DNA of 34,378 nucleotides from Octopus bimaculoides (GCF_001194135.2 NC_069003.1:13733696-13768073), one strand, 5' to 3'; positions 12,840 through 23,873 are shown, counted from the first letter of the stretch. The notes: generated from the letters alone by a model not told the origin. Numbers and translations are program-made.

Positions 12840-13012
12840 TACAGGCGCAGGTGTGGCTGTGTGATTAAGAAGCTTGCTTCTCATCCATGTGGTTCAGGGC
12901 TCAGTTCCACTGCACGACACTAGGATAAGTATCTTCTACTATAGCCCTTGGTCGACCAGCGCCTTGTGAGTAAATTTGGTAGACGGAAATTGAAAGAAGC
13001 CCATCGTATACA
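12840..13012 (+). mobile_element. SINE family A, 5' half
   Basis: GGCGCAGGTGTGGCTGTGTG..CTTCTACTATAGCC..GGTAGACGGAAATTGAAAGAAGCC. Confidence 0.85.
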
Positions 13013-13039
13013 TATGTGTGTGTGTGTGTGTGTATGATG

Positions 13040-14045
13040 GATTCTGTTGTCGTGAACGACAAATGAGAGTTCAGTAAAATAAAGCGTTACTCATGTTCTA
13101 TGGACACGAATATGTCTCTTGAGACCTGTTGATGCCTTGCAAACCTTTTGGCAAATGGAACAAGTTGAGGATTCCGTTTGCTCGAGTGCTTGTGGATCAT
13201 TTGTTGTGCGTTTTCTTGAGTAGATGGTAAGGCCTGCTTTACTTTGTGCCATAAAACCACAATGACAGGTAAAGTTTCCATTTAGAGGAACAGCGTTTTG
13301 CCAGCGCCCCTTCATGCTTGCCTGAAGTTGGTCTCGATGTTGGATGCGACTTTGCTCAAATCTTTGAACTGAAGAGAAGCAGGACTGGCAACAGGTCCTG
13401 CGTTCTGATGCTTTGTTTTCCAGGAAGGAAAGAAAATGTTGCATTGCTTCAGATTGTCTTTGAAGCACAAGAGTGGCCTTCCAACTGACCTTCCTGTTGA
13501 GAATTAACCAAAAGAGGTTGCTTCATAATTCTGACATCACTCATACGTGAGAGATGACCTGATCATCTACGCTGTATTTTGATGAAGAAGGCTTCAATGC
13601 CTGATATGTTGCATTTTGTTAGTACCTCACTGTTATGAATATGGTCACTCGGTCTTATGTTGGAGATTGTACGCAAGCATTGCATATGAAAAGCGTCACG
13701 CTGATTGATGTGCTTTCGGTACAGAGTCCAAGATTTAGCACCAAAAGGCAATGTTGTCAAGACCTCAGACTTGTATACATCGACTTTCACTTTCAATGAT
13801 ACGTCGTGGCTGTTCTAAAGCCTGTGATAAAGTTTACCGAAAGCGGAGCTAACATTCCCGATTCTGGAGTCAATTTCTTTATCCATCTTAGCATCATTGG
13901 ACGCAATGAACCAAGATACGTGAGGGAGGAAACAGTTTTTAATACTTTTTCATCAGCTTATACAGTAGGGGTAACAGCGGGAAGATGGTCGCGAATGGGA
14001 TGATGGACAAGGTCAGTTTTCTTAACGTTGATGGTCAGACCATAG
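13040..14045 (-). pseudogene. RTE-clade LINE, 3' fragment (RT C-terminus and C2H2-like tail)
   Basis: LTVNVKKTD..SLTYLGSL..KVDVYKSEVLTTLPFGAKSWTLYRKHINQRDAFHMQCLRTI..CSICQKVCKASTGLKRHIRVH; multiple stops and frameshifts. Confidence 0.85.
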
Positions 14046-14051
14046 TGTTCA

Positions 14052-14086
<35 letters not shown>

Positions 14087-14114
14087 GTCGGGGGATGTAG
14101 GAAGCGGTAGGCTT

Positions 14115-14340
14115 GTGGGTGGCTGGGTGTCTTTGTGTTCGTTTCCCCAACCACTTGATAACCGGTGTTAGTTTGTTTATGTCCCGATATATCGGTAGTT
14201 CGGCAAATGAGGCTGATTGAATAAGTAGCTGACTTAAAAAAAACAAAAAACAAAACAAAAGTAAGTACTGTTGTTGATATGTTCAAGGCGGTGCCCCAGC
14301 TTGGCTGCAGTCCAGTGCCTGAAATAAGGAACAGATAGGA
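14115..14340 (+). mobile_element. SINE family A, 3' half
   Basis: GATAACCGGTGTT..GTTCGGCAAA..AAGGCGGTGCCCCAGCTTGGCTGCAGTC. Confidence 0.75.
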
Positions 14341-14429
14341 ACAATTAATTAGAAACATTCTAATTACGCTTGTTAGAAACAACAGAAGTGGAGGTAATAG
14401 CAGCAGCAGTAGTCGTTATCGTCGGCGTT

Positions 14430-14463
<34 letters not shown>

Positions 14464-14682
14464 CGGCAGTAGTAGAAGTAGTTATGATAGTTACAGCAAT
14501 TAGTGTGATTAGGAGAAATAATTAACAGCAGCATTTCATAGCAATGGTTGTAGAGACGACCATAGTAACAACAACAGCAACAACAATAAATACAACAGCT
14601 ACAACAACAGTAACCACAGCAACGATATCTAACTGTAAGCACCACCGTCAAAACAATTATAAGAAGAGCAATAACAACGAGA

Positions 14683-14737
<55 letters not shown>

Positions 14738-14756
14738 ATAATAATAATAAAGTAAT

Positions 14757-15800
14757 CCTTTCTATTATAGGCACAAAGCCTGAAATTTTGTGGTGGGGAG
14801 CTAGTCAATTATATCGACCCTAGTGTTCAACTGGTACTTATTTTGTCAACCCCGAAAAGATGAAAGGGAAAAATAGGCCTCGGCGTAATTTGAACTCAGA
14901 ACATAAAGACAGACGAAATGCCGCTCAGCATTTTACTCGGCGTGCAAACGATGCTACCAGCCTGGGGCAGTAACCAATAATAATAAGGATTTCAAATTTT
15001 AGCGACACAGGGCCAGTAGTTTTTGAGGGGAAGGGGAAGTCGATTAGATCGATCTCTGCACTTGACTGATACTAATTTTAACGACCGCAAAAGGATGGAA
15101 AGCAAAGTCGACCTCGGCGGAATTTAAACTCAGAACGTAAAGACCTGGCAAATTGCCGCTAAGCCTGGCGTGCAAACGATTCTGCCAACAAGCCGCCTTT
15201 CTACTAAATAAACCAATCTACTAAAAGCATAAGGCTTGAAATTTTGCGGGAGAGGGAAGTCGATTTCATCGACCTCAGTAATCAACTGGTACTTATTTAA
15301 TCGACCCCGAAAGGATGAAAGGCAAAGTCGACCTTGGTGGAATTTGTACTCAGAATGTAAAGACGAGCGAAATACCGCTAAGCACTTTGCTCGGCGTGCT
15401 AACCGTTCTGCCAGTTCGCTGCCTTAGTAATAATGGTTTCAAATTTTGGCTCAAGGCCAACAATTTCGAGGGAGGGGAAAGTCGATTACATTGACCCCAG
15501 TGCTCAACTGGTACTTCTTTAATCGACCCGAAAGGATGAAAGGCAAAGTCGGCCTTGTCGGAATTTGAATTCTAAACGTAAAGACGGACGAAATGCCGTT
15601 AAGCGTTTTGTTAGGCGTGGTAACCATTTCGCTAGCTCGTTTCCTTAAGGAAGAATAATAATAATAACTCTTTCTACTATAGGCACAAGGCCTGAAGTTT
15701 TTTGGGGAGGGGCCAGTCAATTAGATCAACCCCACTACACAACTAGTACTTAATTTATCGACCTCGAAAGAATTAAAGGCAAAATCGACCTCGGCAGAAT
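14757..15800 (-). mobile_element. Five head-to-tail CORE-type SINEs (family B): about 14757-14962, 14987-15199, 15217-15426, 15435-15646, 15668-15800 (partial)
   Basis: Each carries the reverse complement of TTTGCCTTTCATCCTTTCGGGGTCGATAAAATAAGTACCAG (CORE-like) and, where complete, a tRNA-like head; separated by short (AAT)n or A-rich spacers. Confidence 0.9.
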
Positions 15801-15814
15801 ATAATAATAATAAT

Positions 15815-16762
15815 AAGAGCCCTCAGAGAGCGCAAACCTCCGCCACGAAAACACCATCTTCTCAACGATTAGTCGGAAATGATTTTTAAAATGAGAATAT
15901 CTGAAATAAACTCGACTGCTCTCACAAACGAGAATGGAAAAATAATCCAGAATCTTTGTCCGGTATCTGATCGGTCCCAATGGTAGTCATGGAATGTGCG
16001 GGCCGTCTTTGTAATGCTGTGTGCGCGTCGTCTGTAGTGCGAACAGGGACAATTTTCTCTATGAAGGCCTTTTTTAGTCTATCCACTGATATAGTGNNNN
16101 NNNNNNNNNNNNNNNNNNNNNNNNNNNNNNNNNNNNNNNNNNNNNNNNNNNNNNNNNNNNNNNNNNNNNNNNNNNNNNNNNNNNNNNNNNNNNNNNNNNN
16201 NNNNNNNNNNNNNNNNNNNNNNNNNNNNNNNNNNNNNNNNNNNNNNNNNNNNNNNNNNNNNNNNNNNNNNNNNNNNNNNNNNNNNNNNNNNAAATTAAAT
16301 TTATTATTGTTACTGAATATGTTGCTGTTATTTAATTTCTGAACGGTTTTGCTGCTGTTTGTTTATGTAGTTTGATTTCTTTATCCATAAGTTTCTACTA
16401 AGATAGAGATGCGAGTAAAATTGATAATAGAGAAACGAAAATAAAAACTTTGGAAACAGCAACGCCGCCATAACTTGCCTGGAAACCATGAGCGTGCTTT
16501 CAAGTGAGGTAATCAGAGAAAGACTTGAAAGTGAACGTAAGATCGTGATACGTCATGTAAAGTAAATATAACAAATAATCCAGAATTCTTGTCCTGTACC
16601 GGATCGATTCCAAAATCTAATCAGTTCATGCCAGTTACAAGGCCAAACATCCCTGAAAGTTTCGTCCGAATCCATCCAGCGGTTCTTGAGATATCTTGTC
16701 CACGGACAAACAAACAAACACGACTGAAAACAATACCCCCACCGTCGCAAAGGCGGAGGTAA
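15815..16762 (+). mobile_element. Helentron-associated non-autonomous element (HINE/Pearl-like) with internal insertion and gap
   Basis: Subterminal IR ACCTCCGCC (15836-44)/GGCGGAGGT (16752-60); core repeat AAATAATCCAGAAT..GATC twice; (CAAA)n near 16705; 3' hairpin CCGTC-gcaaa-GGCGG. Confidence 0.7.
15975..16096 (-). pseudogene. Gypsy-type integrase C-terminal fragment
   Basis: Minus frame reads TISVDRLKKAFIE, resembling the T[VI]SVDRLKPAF motif after the Gypsy integrase core; truncated by a gap. Confidence 0.5.
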
Positions 16763-17155
16763 TAACAACAACCACAACTTGAATATTAGCAAGAACAGCA
16801 CAGACAAAAACAAAACAAAAAATCGCTGTTACGACGACGACAACACGAGCAACGATATGCAATAACAACAAACGTACTAACAACAACAATTACAACAAAA
16901 ATAGCAGAAACAACAATAAAAATAAGAACGACACGTCAAGAATAACGAAGTCGAATGCATCTAGGTGGTCTCTCACTATATTTGAAATAGCAGCTGGTGC
17001 CTCTGAAATTATGCTTTCGTCTCATGGGAAAAGGAAGGTCACATTAATAAAAGGACTAAAGATGGTATAGATGTAAAAAAAAAAAAAACGAAAAAAACAA
17101 AACAAAACAGAAACAGACAAAAAAATTTCACAAAGGTTAAAAGAAGAAACTTACG

Positions 17156-17227
17156 TTCCCATGCCGAGAATCGAACCCGGGCCGCCTGGGTGAAAACCAA
17201 GAATCCTAACCACTAGACTACATGGGA
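17156..17227 (-). tRNA. trnE-TTC: tRNA-Glu(TTC), variant copy
   Basis: 72 nt; acceptor TCCCATG/CATGGGA; anticodon arm CTTGG-TTTTCAC-CCAGG; T loop TTCGATT; T4 terminator at 17142-17139 and T7 further downstream. Confidence 0.88.
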
Positions 17228-17545
17228 AAATACACGAAACAGAAAATAATGATTCTATTGCTTATCATCTCTATGTGGTAGCTCGAGCTGTTAGAAATAG
17301 CAACAAATTTTTCTGTTAAATCACACTCTACAGTTTGGAAAAAGGAAGGACACATTAGCTAGTAAAAGATTGAATCACACGCATACACACAGAAGAGCAG
17401 CCAATGAAATTACAGACTATTATTATGAGAAAAGAAAGGACACAATAAATAGAAAAAAAATTAAAATACAGACGCAGATATCCACAAATGCATACAAAAT
17501 GAAAATTAAAAGAAGTCGAAAGGAAGGAGAAAAAAAAAATTAACG

Positions 17546-17617
17546 TTCCCATGCCGGGAATCGAACCCGGGCCGCCTGGGTGAAAGCCAGGAATCCTAAC
17601 CACTAGACCACATGGGA
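17546..17617 (-). tRNA. trnE-TTC: tRNA-Glu(TTC)
   Basis: 72 nt canonical cloverleaf; anticodon arm CCTGG-CTTTCAC-CCAGG; intact A and B boxes; T10 Pol III terminator at 17539-17530. Confidence 0.96.
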
Positions 17618-17989
17618 AGTCATGAGAATGATGTTTTAATAATGCTATGGTTTATAATCAGGTTTTTCACTCAAGTTTCGCTGTCAGTTTTCTTTCTCCT
17701 CCCACTCCTGTTCATTGACTGATTCCCATTCCTCCCCTTCCCTTTATTACACTATTGTCACTCCCTCCTCTCCTACTTTCTCTCAATCTCGGCGAATTGC
17801 CAATGTCATCGTACGAGCGTTGCATAGAAAGTTTCGCAGTATTTATTTGTTATGACTCTTTGCAATCCGAGTTCAAATCACGCCACGGCCATATTTTTAT
17901 CACTTTCTTCTTCTTATTTTATTAGTTGGGTATGTGCTCTAATGTGATCGATAAATATAAATTATATAAATAAGTAAATATAAACGTCA

Positions 17990-18230
17990 CCAAAGCTCGC
18001 TTTGCAACCATGCGTTTTCAGGTTCAATCTCACAACAGGCACGTTGGCCAAATGTCTTCTTCTATATAGCCGACCCATACCTTGTGAGTGAATTTAACAG
18101 ACAGAGACTGTCTGGAAGCCCGCTGTATAAAAATAAATGTGTACGTGTATGTGTGTGTTTGCTCGCTCCTCATCGCTTGACGACTGGTGCTTGTTTACGT
18201 ACCCTTTACTTGGCGATTCGGCCAAGATAC
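17990..18230 (+). mobile_element. SINE family A, old degenerate copy
   Basis: AATGTCTTCTTCTATATAGCC..CCTTGTGAGTGAATTT..CATCGCTTGACGACTGGTG. Confidence 0.65.
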
Positions 18231-18357
18231 AAGGTAAAGAGGGGCGGGGGAGCCTATTCGAACGTCTGTCTGGAAATGTAGCTTTACCGAATAGTGTTAG
18301 TTATTTCCACTTAAATTTATCGATCATAAAACGGAAGATTTACTTTTACCATTTACA

Positions 18358-18550
18358 GTAATTAAACTGTGACCATGCTGGGGGACCGCTTTGAAGAATT
18401 TTTTATCGAATGAATCGACCTCAGTACTTTTTTTAAAAGCCTGGTACTTATTGTATCGACCCCTTTTGCCGAACTGCTAGGTTACGGATGCGTAAACATA
18501 TCAAAACCGCTCGAGTGGTGATTGGGGACAAACACAGGCACAAAGACACA
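18358..18550 (-). mobile_element. SINE family A, 3' half
   Basis: GACCATGCTGGGGGACCGC..TTTTGCCGAACTGCTAGGTTACGG. Confidence 0.8.
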
Positions 18551-18555
18551 ACGTA

Positions 18556-19045
18556 TACGTGGTCTGATCAATAAGTATCCGGACTGTTGCTATAGTAACG
18601 AAGCTAAAGCACAGAGAGTGAAACCGCTTGGAACAGATTGACTTTAAACTTTGTTGTGCATACGCACGACGTTTTAGCGTTCTAGCTCACTTACGCTGTT
18701 TACAGCAGTGCTTGGAAGGGAGGTGTGTAGCGTGTGATCGTTGCATTGACCAAGACAGAGAAAGTTGAGCAGAGAATCTACATCAAATTTTGTCAAAAGC
18801 TTGGCGACACTTGCTCAGAGGCCTACGCAAAGTTTACAAAAAGTTTTCATCGTTCTCGACACAGTCAAGGAGATCTTATACAACTGAAACCCGAGTGTCT
18901 TTTTGGTCAGCTGAAAGCAGTTTTGGCACAAACTTGGCAGACACGCTTCTCATACCCAAATCATCAGTGTTAATAGATTGAACTAAACCATAACTAATCT
19001 GCACATCCTCTGATAACTCACGGATGGTGATTCAACGATTTCTCC
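18556..19045 (+). mobile_element. Mariner fossil: left TIR and N-terminus (+) followed by an inverted internal segment (-)
   Basis: TA|TACGTGGTCTGATCAATAAGT TIR; plus strand KVEQRIYIKFCQKLG; minus strand 19045-18830 ITIRELSEDVQISYG..LGMRSVSAKFVPKLLSADQK. Confidence 0.85.
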
Positions 19046-19327
19046 TTAGACATACAAATACTTAGGAATCAATGAACTAGATACGGTACAACGCACACAA
19101 ATGAAAGAGAAGATAAAGAATGAATACCATAGATGTGTTAGATTAATACTTAAAACAGAGCTCAATGCAAAAAACAAGATTATAGGTTCAATACTCTAGC
19201 TATCTTAGTTGTAAGTTACAGTTACAATGTTCTTAACTGGACACTAAATGAACGAGAAAGGTGGCGAGAGTCACGTCACCCCCTGCGAGAATAGACTTGA
19301 CCAAACGACTATAAATAGTAGCGGTCT

Positions 19328-19373
<46 letters not shown>

Positions 19374-20510
19374 GCGTTAATCGCAGGAAGTCGTAAGGTG
19401 TCGTTTTGGTCGTTTGTCGGAATATCGTTTGTTGGTTCGTGAATAGTTCGTGGAGAGTTTGTTGGATTGTTACGTTGTTGTTACCCTGCTTCGTTATATG
19501 TTTGTGGTTACTACACGGTTATAGTGGAAACAAGTATCGTCATAAACAGTGGCGATACTGCAATAATTGGAGAAGAGTAATTACGTTACAATCATAGGAA
19601 AACAAGAAAACTAAAGACAGAATTTAGAATGTACCACCCAAAACCTGAAATAGGAAGGTCATATATACAACTATTATATAATATCCATCATAGGAATACT
19701 GGAATATCTAAGTCAGAATGAAGGAAAACTAGACATAGCTACAAAGCATAAGCAAAACAAAAACTGTTTTCTGTCTTCAAGGAAGCCGAAAAATATAAGA
19801 AAAAGGTCATAATACCTGACAACTATGAAGAAAAAGAAGAAACATGAAAACCTGTAAAGTAATCTGACCACCAAATGTACGATCCCTCTCACCCGCTCTC
19901 CAATCTACAGGTGCATACTTTCAATAGGGCTAGTTACTCTAACCATTTTTGCCATAGTTACCCACCTTTTCACAAATTCACTGAGAGGTAGCACTTCCCT
20001 CTCCATCCTCATTTTCCCTTTTCAAATGGAACTTAAAAAAGGTGGTAACAGCTGTTTGATTTGAACTACAAAGTACTATAATAAAACGATGGCGAGAAAA
20101 GCCCTTTCATGGCAAATAGTGGGTTAAGCTAAACAGAAAAGAAATAGACAAAATAAAATCTCAACATTGGTTGAGAAGTTCGGGTCTCAAAGCAGAGACT
20201 GGCGGGTTTTTAATTGCAGCACAACGTCGAAGCTACGCGGCCAGAAATCACCAAAATGTACATCATGAAGGAAAAAAAAACAAATAAACATGTAACAGCA
20301 AAATATGTGGTGATGGGGAAGAAACAATGAATCATATTGTTTCTAGTTGGCCAGTCCTGGGAAAAATGGAAGACATCCACAGACCTGATAGAGTTGGGGC
20401 TTATATATGCTGGAAGCTGTACCAGCACTACGGAAGGACAACAAGAAAATGTTATGGGCATACTCCAGAAAGGGTCTCAGAAAATGAAAAAGCAACTATA
20501 CCCTGAGATA
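19046..20510 (+). pseudogene. R4/Dong-like (restriction-like endonuclease clade) LINE 3' fragment, interrupted
   Basis: TYKYLGINE..MKEKIKNEYHRCVRLILKTELNAKNK (19046-19260); RKTRKL..MYHPK (19596 onward); WLRSSGLKAETGGFLIAAQ..ETMNHIVSSWPVL..HRPDRVGAYICWKL (20160-20510). Confidence 0.85.
19260..19590 (+). mobile_element. Probable solo LTR inserted in the R4/Dong fragment
   Basis: Splits the LINE frame between NE-EK and DRKTRK; ends CGTTACA; starts (G)GTGGCG rather than TG; TATAAATA at 19310-17; (GA)n. No TSD seen. Confidence 0.5.
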
Positions 20511-20529
20511 TGCCACTTCCACTGCCGTC

Positions 20530-20810
20530 ACCCCTACAACTACCGCCCATATAACCACCACCAACATCATCATCACCAGCACCAGCATCAGAAGCAGCAG
20601 CAACAGCAGCAGCAGCACCACCACCACAACCATCACCATCACCACCATCACCAGCACCAGTACCAGCACCACCACCATCAGTACCACCACTACTACATCC
20701 CATCTACTTCACCCCACTACCCCACTACCCCACACCCCACCACCATACCCCATCCTCACCACAACTACATCCCTATCACCACCTCTATCACCCCTACTAC
20801 CACCACGAGC
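20530..20810. repeat. Degenerate (CAC/CAG/CAT)n trinucleotide field
   Basis: Direct reading; source of the poly-H/Q ORF. Confidence 0.9.
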
Positions 20811-21149
20811 AATGGGGAGTCGCAAACGACTCGCCGGATATGCTAGAAATAGCAGTGAAAGCTACCTACGGTTGGACTGTCTTTGATCATATATCTACTT
20901 CACCAACTACAATTGCAACAGTAGCAACAACAACAATAATAATAATGGTGGACCCCTTGTCTGCTAGAAGATGGTATGGGTTCGCTCCCTTGCTTGCAAT
21001 AGATATCGGGTGCAAGTTGCATCGACAACCAGCTGGAGGAGGCACCTCCTGGGTCCCTATGGAACAGCCACATTGAAGCGGTAACAAATATTACTTCTCA
21101 GTATAGTTACTACTTTCATCTCTTCTTGAGATTTTCTAAATAATAATAA

Positions 21150-21308
21150 TAATGGACTCAAGTTTTGGCACAAGGCCAGCAATTCCGGGGTAGTGGGTAT
21201 TTTATCGACCTCAGAAGGATGAAAGGCAAAGTCGGCCTTGGTTGAATTTGAACTCAAAACGTAAAGACGGACGAAATACCGCTAAGCACCTTAGGTTAGC
21301 TTGCCGTC

Positions 21309-21373
<65 letters not shown>

Positions 21374-21547
21374 CTTTTCTACTATAGGCACAAAGCCTGC
21401 AATTTGAAGGGGAGCGGAGTAGTCGATTACATCGACCCCCAGTACACAACTGGTACTTATTTTATCGACTCCGAAAGGATGAAAAGCAAAGTCGACATCT
21501 ACGGAATTTGAACTCCGAACGTAAAGACGGACGAAAAGCTGCTAAGG
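21150..21547 (-). mobile_element. Two CORE-type SINEs (about 21150-21310 and 21374-21547) separated by (AAT)n
   Basis: GGATGAAAGGCAAAGTCG..GAATTTGAACTC..CGTAAAGACGGACGAAA in both. Confidence 0.88.
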
Positions 21548-22198
21548 NNNNNNNNNNNNNNNNNNNNNNNNNNNNNNNNNNNNNNNNNNNNNNNNNNNNN
21601 NNNNNNNNNNNNNNNNNNNNNNNNNNNNNNNNNNNNNNNNNNNNNNNNNNNNNNNNNNNNNNNNNNNNNNNNNNNNNNNNNNNNNNNNNNNNNNNNNNNN
21701 NNNNNNNNNNNNNNNNNNNNNNNNNNNNNNNNNNNNNNNNNNNNNNNNNNNNNNNNNNNNNNNNNNNNNNNNNNNNNNNNNNNNNNNNNNNNNNNNNNNN
21801 NNNNNNNNNNNNNNNNNNNNNNNNNNNNNNNNNNNNNNNNNNNNNNNNNNNNNNNNNNNNNNNNNNNNNNNNNNNNNNNNNNNNNNNNNNNNNNNNNNNN
21901 NNNNNNNNNNNNNNNNNNNNNNNNNNNNNNNNNNNNNNNNNNNNNNNNNNNNNNNNNNNNNNNTAGGTATGCTGAATTAAAGTCTTACCTGAAGTTGAAA
22001 CACAGCAATAAATAACCATACCACCACCACCACCACCACCACCACCGCTATACTCCCACTCCCACCCCACCGCTACCACACCACCACCACCACCACCACC
22101 ATGACCACCACCGCTACCCCCTCCAATCTAACAAGATCACCAACAGGATATTTTTCCATTAAGCAATCAAGTCGTCTTTAATGATCCAATCGTTACCG

Positions 22199-22290
22199 TG
22201 ACAACGGAGATGCAATCTCCGTGACTGAACAGGTGCTATGACAACGTCGATGCAATCACCATGACCGAACAATTACTATGACAACGGATG
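22199..22290. repeat. 40-bp tandem repeat, about 2.3 copies
   Basis: Units start at 22199, 22239 and 22279 with TGACAACG. Confidence 0.8.
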
Positions 22291-22779
22291 GCTTCTTTGT
22301 TTTAGTTTCTGATCACTTTAGCTTTGAGACATCTTAGAAGAACATGAAGAAGGGGAGTTGCAGTGGTAGTGGTGGTGGCGGTGGTGGTAATGATGACGGC
22401 AGTGGTATGTGATGTAGCGAATGTGGTGATGGTAGTGGTGGAAGTGGTGGTATATGATATAGTACAACTAGTGGTTACGTTGTATCACTAATCTCATCAG
22501 TGGCTAAAAAAACAAAAAACTCCCATACTTTCGATCATTGTTAGATATTTTTGCTTAGGAAATTAGGTGATGGGGGTCTTCGTCAGTATCGGCGATGAGT
22601 ATTCAAATGATATAATTGATCACCTGAACTACATCCTCGTTAAATTAATACGACGTAAATGGCTGAATATTCCTCAGACACGAGTAGACTTGACGAAAGC
22701 GTCAGGTGAAATCAACGTCATACAGAATGATGTGACAATGCAGGACGTTCTTGTTAAAATCCATCTGACTGGCTTCTAC

Positions 22780-23290
22780 GCAGTTTCCGAGTACCCAGTT
22801 GCTGCATATCCAGTTTTTAAGCTGGCATTTTTAGAGTGTTCAGTTTTCTAGTACCCGGTTTTCCAGCACTGAGTACTCGATTTTAGAGCACCCAGTGTCT
22901 GAGTATCCAGATTTCGAGTATCCAGATTTCGAGTATCCAGATTTCGAGTATCCAATTTTAGAGTACCTTGTGTGCGTGTACCAAATTTTAGAGTACCTAG
23001 TTTCAGAGTACCCAGTTTTAGAGTACCCAGTTTTAGAGTACCCATTTCTCGAGTATCCAGATTTCGAGTATCCAATTTTAGAGTACCTTGTGTGCGTGTA
23101 CCAAATTTTAGAGTACCTAGTTTCAGAGTACCCAATTTTAAAGTACCCAGTTTTAGAGTACCCATTTCTCGAGTATCCAGCTTTTGAGCAGGCATTTTTA
23201 GAGAGCTCAGTTTTCGAGTACATTGTTTCCGAGTATCCGGATTTTGTGTACTTGAATATTCGGTTTCTGAGTACCCAAGAGTACTCAAGA
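22780..23290. repeat. 15-bp minisatellite (GAGTACCCAGTTTTA-like) with a 120-bp higher-order duplication
   Basis: GAGTA recurs every 15 bp; 22931-23050 and 23051-23170 differ at only 2 positions. Confidence 0.95.
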
Positions 23291-23299
23291 CTTTGGGTG

Positions 23300-23378
23300 A
23301 TCTCGAGAAACTACGCTGTGGGATCGAACCATAGATCCTGATCGTTACAGAGCGAATACCTTAGCAGTCGGCCTTACC
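23300..23378 (-). promoter_or_regulatory. tRNA-like head / Pol III type-2 internal promoter upstream of the 15-bp array
   Basis: A-box-like GGCCGACTGCTAAGG (23373-23359) and B box GGTTCGATCCC (23330-23320). Confidence 0.6.
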
Positions 23379-23509
23379 AGTGTCCACTGATCATGAAATA
23401 TGTATGCACACATACAGGCATACATACATACATACATACATACATACATACATTCACACACACGCACACAAACACACACATATATGTTCATCTTCAGGCA
23501 TATATATGC

Positions 23510-23873
23510 ATAGGAGTGGCTGTGTGGTAAGTAGCTTGCTTATCAACCACATGGTTCTGGGTTCAGTCCCACTGCGTGGCACCTTGGGCAAGTGTCTTCT
23601 ACTATAGCCTCGGGTCGACCAAAGCCTTGTGAGTGGATTTGGTAGACGGAAACTGAAAGAAGTCCGTCGTACATATGTATATATGCATGTGTGCGTGTAT
23701 GTTTGTGTGTCTGTGTTTGTCCTCCTAGCATTGCTTGACAACCGATGCTGGTGTGTTTATGTCCCCCGTAACTTAGCGGTTCGGCAAAACGAGACCGATA
23801 GAATAAGTACTAGGCTTACAAAGAATAAGTCCCGGGGTCGATTTGCTCGACTAAAGGCGGTGCTCCAGCATGG
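23510..23873 (+). mobile_element. SINE family A, well-preserved copy truncated by a gap
   Basis: Complete head, core, internal microsatellite and tail; best in-window reference for the family. Confidence 0.93.

Noticed and set aside
21970-22020. Isolated splice-like signals (minus CAG|GTAAGA near 21985; plus TTTGCAG near 4375; CTGTCAG near 5760)
   Set aside because: No coherent exon frame or partner sites; expected by chance in 34 kb.
22440-22600. Other hammerhead-like heptamers (CTGATGA on minus near 22500, 13955, 18965 and 2560; CTGACGA near 22580 and 12770)
   Set aside because: None has a correctly placed GAAA, stem III, NUH and closing stem I together.
22567-22851. 94-aa plus-strand ORF leading into the 15-bp array
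   Set aside because: No recognisable family; stops within the array and is out of frame with the EYP-repeat ORF at 22895.
23510-23590. SINE heads (families A, B, C) as tRNA genes
   Set aside because: A/B boxes only; no acceptor-stem pairing, and they continue into repeat bodies.
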